Part shown: one piece after another, positions 46,525 to 55,149 of the stretch
How positions within the stretch are numbered: position 1 is the first letter of the stretch
Layout of the letters: the number at the start of each line of letters is the position of its first letter
Assembly: GCA_028277795.1 (NCBI GenBank)
Contig: JANQFP010000028.1
Location: 1,273 to 65,272 of the forward strand
Direction of reading: 5' to 3'
Source of the DNA: Rhodospirillales bacterium
GTDB taxonomy: Bacteria; Pseudomonadota; Alphaproteobacteria; Rhodospirillales; JANQFP01
Length of the DNA: 64,000 bases
Position numbers and translations under genes: made by a program
The notes under the pieces: model-generated
What the model was told of the DNA's origin: nothing
Database searches by the model: none
What the model saw: only the letters and a program-made list of their open reading frames with translations

Positions 46525-46578
46525 GGTGCGGCGGTAGAGTTCTCCACGCGTTGACCGTTCAGGATCCGCTTCTCCCTC

Positions 46579-47448
46579 ATGACTCCGGCTATTCGGGTTT
46601 CGTCCCTCAGCAAGACCTTCCGCAAGGGCCTGCATCACACGAGGGCGCTTGACAGCGTCGATCTGCTGGTTCGCCCCGGCGAGATGGTGGCCATGATCGG
46701 CGCCTCCGGGTCGGGCAAGTCCACCCTCATCCGCCACCTGGCCGGCCTGGTGCAGTCGGACAATGGCACCGCCTGCTGCGTCGAGGTTCTGGGACAGACG
46801 GTCCAGGAGAACGGCCGCATCGCCACCGAAGTGGTGCGCACGCGGCGCAAGGTGGGAGTCATCTTTCAGCAGTTCAACCTGGTGAGCCGGCTGTCGGTGC
46901 TGACCAACGTGCTGACCGGCTTCCTGGGCCGGGTTCCGCGCTGGCGGGGCACCCTGGGCCTGTTCACCCGGGACGAGAAGCTGACCGCCATGCGGTCGCT
47001 CCACCGGGTGGGCATCGCCGCCACCGCCCTGCAGCGGGCCTCGACCCTGTCGGGCGGCCAGCAGCAGCGGGCGGCCATCGCCCGGGTGCTGGTCCAGGGC
47101 GCGCAGATCGTGCTCGCCGACGAGCCCATCGCGTCCCTCGATCCGGCGTCGGCCAAACGGGTCATGGAGACCCTGACCACCATCAACCGCGAGGAGGGCA
47201 TCACGGTGGTGGTGTCCCTGCACCAGGTCGAATACGCCCGCCGCTACTGCCAAAGGACCGTCGCCATGCGCGACGGTCGCATCGTTTACGACGGGCCGAG
47301 CGAAGCCCTGACCACCGAATTCCTGCGCGAGATTTATGGCGAGGCCAGCGAGGAGTTGGTGCTCCCCGATGCGGGGCAAGGGGAGATCCTCGTCGACGAG
47401 CCGATGCGGCCCGTACCCGCCACGGCCCCGGCCGCCGCCCTGGCCTGA
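46579..47448 (+). CDS. phnC: Phosphonate ABC transporter ATP-binding protein
   Basis: …[17 protein letters not shown]…, …[15 protein letters not shown]…, …[10 protein letters not shown]…, followed by phnD and phnE. Confidence 0.9.
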   Translation: MTPAIRVSSLSKTFRKGLHHTRALDSVDLLVRPGEMVAMIGASGSGKSTLIRHLAGLVQSDNGTACCVEVLGQTVQENGRIATEVVRTRRKVGVIFQQFNLVSRLSVLTNVLTGFLGRVPRWRGTLGLFTRDEKLTAMRSLHRVGIAATALQRASTLSGGQQQRAAIARVLVQGAQIVLADEPIASLDPASAKRVMETLTTINREEGITVVVSLHQVEYARRYCQRTVAMRDGRIVYDGPSEALTTEFLREIYGEASEELVLPDAGQGEILVDEPMRPVPATAPAAALA

Positions 47449-47495
47449 CGTCCCGGCTGTCGCGGCAATTCTTTTTAGTCAACAGGAGGACAACC

Positions 47496-48503
47496 ATGAA
47501 ATCGTGGGTTAAGGCCCTGGCGACCGTCGCGATCGCCACGGCGACGGCTTTCTCGGCCATGGCCGAGGGGGTCAGCCAGATCAACTTCGGCATCCTATCC
47601 GTCGAATCCCAGCAGAACCTGATGAAGCGCTGGGGCCCCATCCTCGAGGACCTGGAGAAGCAGACCGGCATCCCCGTCAAGCCGCGCTTCGCCTCCGACT
47701 ACGCCGGCATCATCGAGGGCATGCGCTTCAACAAGGTCGACGTGGTGCTGTACGGCAACAAGTCGGCCATCGAGGCGGTGGACCGGGCCGGCGCCGAGGT
47801 GTTCGCCCAGATCACCGAGGTCACCGGCGCCAAGGGCTACTATTCGATCCTGGTGGCCCACAAGAGCAACGACAAGATCAACTCCCTCGACGACGTACTG
47901 AAGTGCGACAAGTCGCTGGACTTCGGCATCGGCGACCCCAATTCCACGTCGGGCTTCCTGGTGCCCACCACCTTCATCTTCGCCGCCAACGGCGTCGAGC
48001 CCCGCAACTGCTTCAAGACCGTGCGCAACGCCAGTCACGAGACCAACCTGCTGTCGGTCGCAAACGAGCAGGTCGACGTGGCCACCGCCAACAACCGGGC
48101 CATGTACCTGCGCCTGAAGAAGAACGCGCCGGCACAGTTTGCGAAGCTCAAGGAGGTCTGGCGCTCGCCCCTGATCCCGTCGGACCCGCTGGCATGGCGC
48201 AAGAACCTTCCCCACGACGTGAAGGCCAAGATCTATCACTTCTTCCTGACCTACGGGCGCCTCGGGGATCCGGAGAAGGTCCGCAGGGAGCGCAAGATCC
48301 TGGCCAACGCCAACTTCGGCCCCTTCACCCCGTCGTCGGATGCCCAGCTCTATCCGGTGCGCGAGATGGCCTACAACAAGGAAATCAACCGGGTCAAAGC
48401 CAACAACAACCTGAGCGCCGGCGAGAAGCAGACCCGCATCGCCAGCTTCGAACAGAAGATCAAGGAGGTCCGCGCCCTCCACGAGGAACTACCGAAGAAG
48501 TAA
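47496..48503 (+). CDS. phnD: Phosphonate ABC transporter substrate-binding protein
   Basis: It has a signal peptide MKSWVKALATVAIATATAFSAMA, then …INFGILSVESQQNLMKRWGP…DPNSTSGFLVP…. Confidence 0.9.
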   Translation: MKSWVKALATVAIATATAFSAMAEGVSQINFGILSVESQQNLMKRWGPILEDLEKQTGIPVKPRFASDYAGIIEGMRFNKVDVVLYGNKSAIEAVDRAGAEVFAQITEVTGAKGYYSILVAHKSNDKINSLDDVLKCDKSLDFGIGDPNSTSGFLVPTTFIFAANGVEPRNCFKTVRNASHETNLLSVANEQVDVATANNRAMYLRLKKNAPAQFAKLKEVWRSPLIPSDPLAWRKNLPHDVKAKIYHFFLTYGRLGDPEKVRRERKILANANFGPFTPSSDAQLYPVREMAYNKEINRVKANNNLSAGEKQTRIASFEQKIKEVRALHEELPKK

Positions 48504-48547
48504 CCGGCGCGAGAGGGGAACGGGGCCTCCGTTCCTCTCCACCCCCA

Positions 48548-48581
48548 GGGGGACGGGGCGACCCGTCCCCCGAGCTTTTTT
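48548..48581 (+). terminator. Intrinsic terminator/attenuator between phnD and phnE
   Basis: GGGGGACGGG (48548-48557) pairs with CCCGTCCCCC (48562-48571) around a 4-nt loop, followed by GAGCTTTTTT. A second imperfect hairpin lies at 48511-48539. Confidence 0.65.
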
Positions 48582-48593
48582 GAGGGAACGGCC

Positions 48594-49433
48594 ATGTCGG
48601 ACACCATCCCCCGCACAAACGCCTTCCAGGGCGGCATCGAAACCGCCGACCACATCGAAATCCCCAGGGAGGAGTTCGGACGACGGGCCTACCGTTGGCT
48701 GCTGTGGGGAATCGTCGCGCTGATTCTGGCGGTCGGCTACATGCCCTCGGAGATGTACCGGGCCGTCAACCTGTTCACCGATGCCTCCAACATGGCGGAG
48801 TACGCGGCCGGGTTCCTCAAACCCAGCATCGACTATCTGCCCGACTACCTGGCCGAGATGTGGCTCACGGTCCTCATGGCCTTCTGGGGAACGTTCCTCG
48901 CCGTGGTCGTCGGCATCCCCTTCGCGCTGCTGTCGTCCAACAACATCGCACCCATGTGGGTCGTCCAGCCGACGCGCCGGCTGATGGACGCCGCCCGGGC
49001 CATCAACGACCTGGTGTTCGCGGTCCTGTTCGTGGTGGCGGTGGGCCTCGGCCCCTTCGCCGGCGTCATGGCCCTGTTCGTCCACAACACCGGCATCGTC
49101 GCCAAGCTGTTCTCGGAAGCGGTGGAGGCCATCGATCCGCAACCGGTGGAGGGCATCCGGGCCACCGGCGCCGGCCGCATCCAGGAGATCGTGTTCGGCG
49201 TCATTCCGCAGGTGATCCCGCTGTGGATCTCGTTCTCCCTCTATCGCCTGGAGACCAACGTGCGTTCGGCCACCGTGCTCGGCTTCGTCGGTGCCGGCGG
49301 CATCGGCTACTTCCTGTTCGAGTCCATCCGCTCCTTCCAGTACGCGGAGACCGCCACCATCCTAATCATCGTCGTGGTGACTGTGACCGTCGTCGACATC
49401 CTCTCCCAGCAGCTCCGCAAGGCGCTGGTCTAA
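48594..49433 (+). CDS. phnE: Phosphonate ABC transporter permease
   Basis: A 279-aa polytopic protein with …EAIDPQPVEGIRATGAGRIQEIVFGVIPQV… (EAA-type loop). Confidence 0.85.
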   Translation: MSDTIPRTNAFQGGIETADHIEIPREEFGRRAYRWLLWGIVALILAVGYMPSEMYRAVNLFTDASNMAEYAAGFLKPSIDYLPDYLAEMWLTVLMAFWGTFLAVVVGIPFALLSSNNIAPMWVVQPTRRLMDAARAINDLVFAVLFVVAVGLGPFAGVMALFVHNTGIVAKLFSEAVEAIDPQPVEGIRATGAGRIQEIVFGVIPQVIPLWISFSLYRLETNVRSATVLGFVGAGGIGYFLFESIRSFQYAETATILIIVVVTVTVVDILSQQLRKALV

Positions 49434-49435
49434 CC

Positions 49436-49900
49436 ATGCCCAGGGACATCGAGATGCAGGCGGCGCGGAACTGGGTGCTGCGCGAGGCCACCGAGCGGGA
49501 TCTGGACGCCCTCACGGAGCTGTGGACGCGGACCGGACTGACCCGGTCCTACAACCCGCCGCGGTGGGACGTGCCGTTCTGCCTCCGCAGCCCCAGCGCC
49601 CGGCTGTTCGTGGCCGAAGCCGGAGACGGCCTGGCCGGCTCCATCATGGTGGGCCACGACGGGCACCGGGGCTGGATCTACTATCTGGCCGTGACTCCGG
49701 GTCAGCGGGGCCTGGGCCTGGGCCGGCGGCTGGTGGAGCGCGCCGAGTCCTGGCTCGCAACGGCGGGCATCTGGAAGGCCCAGCTCATGGTCCGCACCGA
49801 AAACGGCACGGCCGACGGTTTCTATCGGGCCCTGGGCTACGCGCCCTCCGAGGTCACGGTGCTCAGCAAAGCCATCGGCGAAGCCAAAGCGCTCAAATGA
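49436..49900 (+). CDS. GNAT N-acetyltransferase (PhnO-like by context)
   Basis: This is the last 154 aa of the listed ORF 48695..49900, with …GWIYYLAVTPGQRGLGLGRRLVERAESWL…. ATG at 49436 is 3 nt after the phnE stop. The PhnO role is inferred from position only. Confidence 0.6.
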   Translation: MPRDIEMQAARNWVLREATERDLDALTELWTRTGLTRSYNPPRWDVPFCLRSPSARLFVAEAGDGLAGSIMVGHDGHRGWIYYLAVTPGQRGLGLGRRLVERAESWLATAGIWKAQLMVRTENGTADGFYRALGYAPSEVTVLSKAIGEAKALK

Positions 49901-51035
49901 CCCGCTCGCCGGCGCGCCATACGCCGCGCACCACCGGCATGGTTTCGTAGACCTTCACCCACACCAGGTCGGCCCGCTGTCCGGGGGCGATCTCGCCGCG
50001 GTCGTCCAGGCCCACCATGCGGGCCGGATTGGCGGTGACCGTGGCCACCGCGTCCGGCAAGGCGAGGCCGCTCTCCTCGTGCAGGATGAAAGCCGCGTGG
50101 ATCATGCTGACCGGGACATAGTCCGACGCAAGGCCATTGAGCAGCCCCTTGTCGGCCAGGTCGCGCACCGAGGCGTTGCCCGAGTGGGACCCCCCGTTGA
50201 CCACGTTGGGGCTGCCCATGACGGTCTGGATGCCGAGAGTGCGCGCCGTCCTCGCCGCCTCTTCGGTGGTCGGGAACTCGCTGATGGTGATGCCTTCCTT
50301 GACCGCCTCGATGACGTGCTCGGGCGTGGTGTCGTCGTGGCTGGCCAGGGGCAGGCCCCGCTCCCGGGAAAGCGTGATGACGGCGCGGCGGCTTTCCGCG
50401 GCGCACCGTTCCTGCACGTCACGGCGGTGCGCGATGATGTCGAGCAGCTCCTGTTCGCTGAAGTTGCGGCGGCTGTAGTACTGGCGCCACTTGTCCAGAT
50501 CGCTCCACTGCCGCTGGCCCGGCGTGTGGTCCATGACCGAGACCAGGCGCACGCAGGGATCCTGGACCAGGTGGCGGAACGCCTCCACCACGTCCTCCGC
50601 CGACATCTCACAGCGCAAATGGATGAAGTGCTCGGCCCGCAGCAGGCCGTCCGCCTGCAGCCGCTCCATGGCCTCGAGGCCGAGGATCAGGGCGTCCTGG
50701 CGGCCCGTCGACGTCCCCTCGAAGTGACCCACGCACAGGGCGTCGAACACGGTGGTGATGCCGGCCGACGCCACCTGCCGGTCGTGGATCAGCAACGCCG
50801 CCATGGCCGGCCAGCGCACCCCCGGCCGCGGCTCCAGGTGCCGTTCCAGGTTGTCGGTGTGGATGTCGATCAGCCCCGGGATCAGGAGCTCGCCCTCCAG
50901 GTCGATGGCCGAGGAGAGGGCGCTTGGCCCGGGGCCCATGTCCCGGATGCGGCCGTCGGCGACGGCGACCGAGCCCGTGAACACGTCGTCGCGGGTCACG
51001 ATCCGGGCGTTGGTGAAGACGGTCTCGGCGGTCAT
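49893..51035 (-). CDS. PhnM-family amidohydrolase, paralogue 1
   Basis: A 380-aa protein: MTAETVFTNARIVTRDDVF…LIPGLIDIHTDNLERH…SVMDHTPGQRQW…LASHDDTTPEHV…ISEFPTT…GSPNVVNGGSHSGN…LASDYVP…. ATG at 51035 overlaps the upstream methyltransferase stop (ATGA). Confidence 0.8.
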   Translation of the reverse strand: MTAETVFTNARIVTRDDVFTGSVAVADGRIRDMGPGPSALSSAIDLEGELLIPGLIDIHTDNLERHLEPRPGVRWPAMAALLIHDRQVASAGITTVFDALCVGHFEGTSTGRQDALILGLEAMERLQADGLLRAEHFIHLRCEMSAEDVVEAFRHLVQDPCVRLVSVMDHTPGQRQWSDLDKWRQYYSRRNFSEQELLDIIAHRRDVQERCAAESRRAVITLSRERGLPLASHDDTTPEHVIEAVKEGITISEFPTTEEAARTARTLGIQTVMGSPNVVNGGSHSGNASVRDLADKGLLNGLASDYVPVSMIHAAFILHEESGLALPDAVATVTANPARMVGLDDRGEIAPGQRADLVWVKVYETMPVVRGVWRAGERVI

Positions 51036-51655
51036 GGGGCGGTCCGTTCGGCCACAAGGTGCCAGTGGTAGGACCCGGGCCGGTGGTGCTGGCGGTCGAA
51101 CAGGGTCAAGGGCTCGAAGCCGGCGAACAGGTCCAGCAGCTTGACCGCGTCGCAGTAGTAGTGGGGGTGGGCCTTGTCGGAAAGGTCGGAGCCGTCCATG
51201 ACGTAGGTGTCCGGGGCCACCTCGCGGCCGACCCCGAAATGGCTGTTGCGCTTCGACAGCATGGTGCCGACGAACACGCCGCCCGGCTGCAGGACGCGGC
51301 GCACCTCGTCCAGGGTCCGGCGGATCACGGTCTCGTCGCCGTGGTAGATCACGTTCCACGCGACGACGGCGCCGAACACCTGGTCGCCGTAGGGAAGCTC
51401 GGTCATCAGCCCCAACCCGAACTCGATGGCCAATCCGCCGTCCTGCGCCGCCTGGCGGGAGAACGCGATGCCGCTGGCGCTGCCGTCGAGGGCGCAGACG
51501 GAGAACCCCTCGTCGGCCAGGAGCAGGGCATGGCGCCCGACGCCGCACCCCAGGTCGAGGACGCGGGCAATCCCTTTCTCACGCAACAGCGGCACCGTGT
51601 CCACCACTTCCGGCTGGGGCTGCTTCTCATGACGGGGTCCCTCCGGAAAGCACAC
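51032..51655 (-). CDS. Class I SAM-dependent methyltransferase
   Basis: …RVLDLGCGVGRHALLLADEGFSVCALDGS… (motif I) and …LQPGGVFVG…. The start (GTG 51655) is uncertain. Confidence 0.75.
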   Translation of the reverse strand: MCFPEGPRHEKQPQPEVVDTVPLLREKGIARVLDLGCGVGRHALLLADEGFSVCALDGSASGIAFSRQAAQDGGLAIEFGLGLMTELPYGDQVFGAVVAWNVIYHGDETVIRRTLDEVRRVLQPGGVFVGTMLSKRNSHFGVGREVAPDTYVMDGSDLSDKAHPHYYCDAVKLLDLFAGFEPLTLFDRQHHRPGSYHWHLVAERTAP

Positions 51656-51893
51656 AAATACGGGAATGCGGGAAGGACTCTATGAGATGATACGTGACTC
51701 CTTTGTGATGTGCAGATGAATAAAACTTAACAGAACATAGACAAATACACCCAATCGTAGACGAAAACAAACGATGTAATGGTATGGTGGGTTAACAATA
51801 AATTCACAACAAGAGCTTGCCGGTCGTTCTAGGGTCTTTCTGGCAGACGATGGTGGCAATGCATCGTCCGTGCACCCGACAAGGACCGTGTTC

Positions 51894-53109
51894 ATGAGCG
51901 CCGTTCTGACGCGTGGCCGAACCCTGCAACCCGACGGATCGATCCGGGCCGGCGCCGTCGCCGTGGACGGCCGCTACATCTCCGCCCTCGGCGAAGCGCC
52001 GGCGGGGAAGGCGGACGCCGCCTGGGATGCGGACGGCTGCCTGATCCTGCCCGGCATCGTCGACCTGCACGGCGACGCCTTCGAGCGCCAGATCATGCCG
52101 CGGCCGGGAATCCGGCTGCCGGTGGACGTGGGCCTGCTGGACACCGACCGCCAGATGGTGGCCAACGGCATCACCACCGCCTTCCACGGCGTCACCTACT
52201 CGTGGGAGCCGGGCCTGAGGGGGCGCGACACGGTGGTCGAGGTGCTGGACGCGCTGGAGCGGCTGCGCGCCCGGCTGCTGTGCGACACCCGGGTGCACCT
52301 GCGCTACGAAACCTACAACGTGGACGGCGCCGCCGACGTGGGGACCTGGCTGATGGAGGGCCGGGTCGGGCTGCTGGCCTTCAACGACCATCTGCCCCAT
52401 TTCGCCCAACGCCTGGCGACGCCGGAGAAGCTCAGCCCCTACGCCGACCGGGCCGGCGTGACCCTCGAGGACTTCCTGCTCCTGCTGGAGCGGACCGCGG
52501 CGCGGGAGCCGGAGGTGTGGCCGGTGGTGGAGCGGCTGGCGGGCGCGGCCGACGCCCTGGGCGTGCCCACCCTGTCCCACGATGACGAGACCCCGGAAAT
52601 GTGCCGGCGCTACCGGGACCTGGGGAGCCGCGTGTCCGAGTTCCCGGTCGATGGCCGGACCGCCCGCGCCGGGCTGGACATGGGCAGCGACATCGTCCTC
52701 GGCGCGCCCAACGTGCTGCCGCGGCGGCAGCCACTGCAACCGCATGTGCGTGGCCACCGCGGTGGGGGAGGGCCTGTGCACCATCCTCACCTCCGACTAC
52801 TACTATCCGTCCCTGGTGCAGGCGGTGTTCCGCCTGGTCGCCCGCGGCCTGTGCAGCTTCGCCGACGGCTGGGCCATGGTGTCGGGCACGCCGGCCGCGG
52901 CGGCCGGGCTCCACGACCGGGGCGCCATCACGGTGGGCCGGCGGGCCGACCTGGTGGTGGTGGACGACCGCGATCCCGAACTGCCGCAGGTGGTGGCGAC
53001 CATGGTCGGCGGACGCATGGTCTACGAGGCCGGCGGCGCCCTGCGCCGGACGGGTGCACTGAACCGCCATGGCCGCGCGCGCCTCAGAGCCCGTCAGAGA
53101 GGTTCATGA
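51894..53109 (+). pseudogene. PhnM-family amidohydrolase, paralogue 2, interrupted by a +1 frameshift near 52719
   Basis: The N-terminal part in the frame of 51894 is …LILPGIVDLHGDAFERQ…LSHDDETPEM…VSEFPV…LGAPNVL. The conserved continuation RGGSHCN…ILTSDYYYPSL…GRRADLVVVD… is in the +1 frame (listed ORF 52582..53109). The sequence GTGCTGCCGCGGCGGC carries one extra C relative to an in-frame GTG CTG CGC GGC GGC. Confidence 0.7.
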
Positions 53110-53246
53110 TGCTTTTCAATGCCTTGAGTTTGCGCCCCGGCAGGAGGGGCGGGCGCCGCGATGCGGGGCATCGCCTTCGCGGTCGCTCCTGGCAGCGCCG
53201 CCTTTCCAGTTCGTTGAAAAACACCATGAACCTCTCTGACGGGCTC
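53087..53246. repeat. ~160-bp element bounded by a 22-bp perfect inverted repeat, between convergent phnM-like and phnF genes
   Basis: GAGCCCGTCAGAGAGGTTCATG (53087-53108) pairs with CATGAACCTCTCTGACGGGCTC (53225-53246). Pairing continues imperfectly inward (…CTTTTCAA… / …TTGAAAAA…). The arms touch both stop codons. Confidence 0.8.
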
Positions 53247-53978
53247 TCAGGGCTCGAAGACGATCTGCACCCGGTCACCGGCGAAGCGGGCGACCCCGAA
53301 CTCCACCGGGCGGCCTTCGGAATCCACGTTGACGCTTTCGGAGACCAGGACCGGCCGGTTGGACGGCTGGCGCAGATGGCGGGCCTCGAACCGGTCCGGC
53401 ATGCGCGCCGTCACCCGGGTGACCTTGCGCAGGTAGTCGCCGACGCCCATGCGGTCTAGGGCCCGGGAGATGGACCCGGTGTCCTCGTAGGCGTCCTGGA
53501 TGCCGGCGCAGCGGACGCCGTCGAAGTAGTGGTCGGCGATCACCATGGGCTGGCCGTCGACCTCGCCCAGGGTGCGCAACAACACCACCGGCGCCCCCTT
53601 TGCCAAGTCCAAGGCCCCGGCCACCGCGGCGTCGGCCGCCATCTCGGTGGCCAGCAGCAGGCGGCCGTGGGGGGCGCGGCTCTGCTGGGTGATGGTCTCG
53701 CTGAACCGGGTCCGCTTGCGGACGGGATAGTTGACCACGTTGCCGCGCACGAAGGTGCCGCGGCCCTGCTCGACCCTCAGAAGGCCCTTTTCCTCCATTG
53801 CGGCGATGGCGCGGCGGACCGTGTGCCGGTTGACGCCGAAGCGTGCCGCCAGGGCGAACTCGGTGGGGCAGCGCGCCTCCGGCTCGAGGGCCCCGGAGGC
53901 GATCTCCTTCTCCAGCTTGTCCTGGATCTGCCGCCACAGGGCGACGCCGCTGCCGCGCGTGATCTCCGTCCCTTGCAT
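53247..53978 (-). CDS. phnF: GntR/HutC-family phosphonate regulon repressor
   Basis: …LPTEFALAARFGVNRHTVRRAIAAMEEKGLLRVEQGRGTFV… is the wHTH, followed by a UTRA-like C-terminal domain. It is divergent from phnG. I prefer ATG at 53978. Confidence 0.85.
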   Translation of the reverse strand: MQGTEITRGSGVALWRQIQDKLEKEIASGALEPEARCPTEFALAARFGVNRHTVRRAIAAMEEKGLLRVEQGRGTFVRGNVVNYPVRKRTRFSETITQQSRAPHGRLLLATEMAADAAVAGALDLAKGAPVVLLRTLGEVDGQPMVIADHYFDGVRCAGIQDAYEDTGSISRALDRMGVGDYLRKVTRVTARMPDRFEARHLRQPSNRPVLVSESVNVDSEGRPVEFGVARFAGDRVQIVFEP

Positions 53979-54044
53979 GCGATTCCCCCGCCTCGGAACC
54001 CTTTGCCAACCGGGGCGCCGTTTGATAGTGTAATGAGTAGATAA

Positions 54045-54056
54045 ATAGACGTCTAT
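54045..54056. promoter_or_regulatory. Candidate PhnF operator in the phnF/phnG divergent promoter region
   Basis: A perfect 12-bp palindrome ATAGACGTCTAT sits in an AT-rich spacer, 20 nt upstream of the phnG ATG. It has a GT/AC-type core like HutC-family operators. Confidence 0.45.
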
Positions 54057-54075
54057 ACAAATTTTTGTGTCATCC

Positions 54076-54546
54076 ATGACCACGGCGCACGATCACCCTT
54101 CCGCTCCTACGGCCGACCGACAGCGGTGGATGGCCGTCCTGGCGCGCACCTCCGCGGAAACACTCGAGTCGGCGTGGCAGGAGACGCCGGACCGGCCCGC
54201 CTACGACTTGGTGCGTCCGCCCGAGGTCGGGCTGGCCATGGTGCGGGCCCGCGCCGGCGGCACCGGCACCCGCTTCAACCTGGGCGAAATGACCGTCAGC
54301 CGCTGCGTCGTCCAGGTCAAGGGCGGCGCCGTCGGGTACGCCTACGTGGCCGGCAGCGACACCCGCCATGCCGAATTGGCCGCCGTGTTCGACGCCCTTC
54401 TCCAGGACACGGCGCGGCGCCCCGCCATCGAGATCGCCGTGATCGCGCCCCTGGAGCAGGAGATCGAGGCCGCCCGCGCGGCCCGCAGGGCCGACTCGGG
54501 ACCCACCAAGGTGGAGTTCTTCACCATGGTCCGCGGAGACAACTAG
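54076..54546 (+). CDS. phnG: C-P lyase core complex subunit PhnG
   Basis: …RQRWMAVLARTS…GGTGTRFNLGEMTVSRC…GYAYVAGSDTRHAELAAVFDALLQ…KVEFFTMVRGDN parallels E. coli PhnG. The start is ATG 54076 or GTG 54067. Confidence 0.9.
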   Translation: MTTAHDHPSAPTADRQRWMAVLARTSAETLESAWQETPDRPAYDLVRPPEVGLAMVRARAGGTGTRFNLGEMTVSRCVVQVKGGAVGYAYVAGSDTRHAELAAVFDALLQDTARRPAIEIAVIAPLEQEIEAARAARRADSGPTKVEFFTMVRGDN

Positions 54547-54566
54547 TCGTGGCCGGCCCCGTCATC

Positions 54567-55145
54567 ATGCCCGGCCTGGCCGACCCGGTGGCCGATTCCC
54601 AAAGCGTCTTCCGCGGCGTGCTGCATGCCATGTCCCGCCCGGGGACCATCGTCCATCTGGCAGGGCTGGGCGAGGCGCCGGCGCCGTTGAGCCCGGCGGC
54701 CGCTGCCCTGTGCCTGTCCCTGGTCGATCACGACACGCCGTTGTGGTTGGACTGCGCGGTCGCGGGCGGGCAGGGGGCTGCCGACTTCCTGCGCTTCCAC
54801 TGCGGCTCCCCGGTGGTCGCGCGGCCCGAGGAGGCGGTGTTCGCGGTGGTCGCCGACGCTGCGGCCATGCCGCCGCTGTCCTCGTTCGACCCCGGCACCC
54901 CGGAATATCCGGACCGCTCGGCGACGGTCATCATCCAGGTGGCCGGCCTGGCTGACGATGCGGGCATGCGTCTGTCCGGCCCCGGCATCGAGGCCGAGGC
55001 GCGCCTGCGGGTGGACGGGGCGCCGGCGGACCTGTGGGACTGGGTGCGCGACAACCACGGGCTCTACCCCTGCGGGGTGGACATCGTGTTCGCCGCCGGC
55101 GAGCGCATCGCCGCGTTGCCGCGCTCGACCCGGGTGGAGGGCTGA
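54567..55145 (+). CDS. phnH: C-P lyase core complex subunit PhnH
   Basis: MPGLADPVADSQSVFRGVLHAMSRPGTIVHL… parallels E. coli PhnH (…[20 protein letters not shown]…). It lies in the frame of listed ORF 54126..55145. Confidence 0.85.
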   Translation: MPGLADPVADSQSVFRGVLHAMSRPGTIVHLAGLGEAPAPLSPAAAALCLSLVDHDTPLWLDCAVAGGQGAADFLRFHCGSPVVARPEEAVFAVVADAAAMPPLSSFDPGTPEYPDRSATVIIQVAGLADDAGMRLSGPGIEAEARLRVDGAPADLWDWVRDNHGLYPCGVDIVFAAGERIAALPRSTRVEG

Positions 55146-55149
55146 TCCC

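Noticed and set aside
51870-53459. 529-aa continuous ORF as an intact long PhnM-like protein
   Set aside because: After …GAPNVL the translation becomes Arg/Pro/Gly-rich nonsense, while the conserved PhnM C-terminal half sits in the +1 frame. I interpret this as a frameshifted gene ending at 53109.
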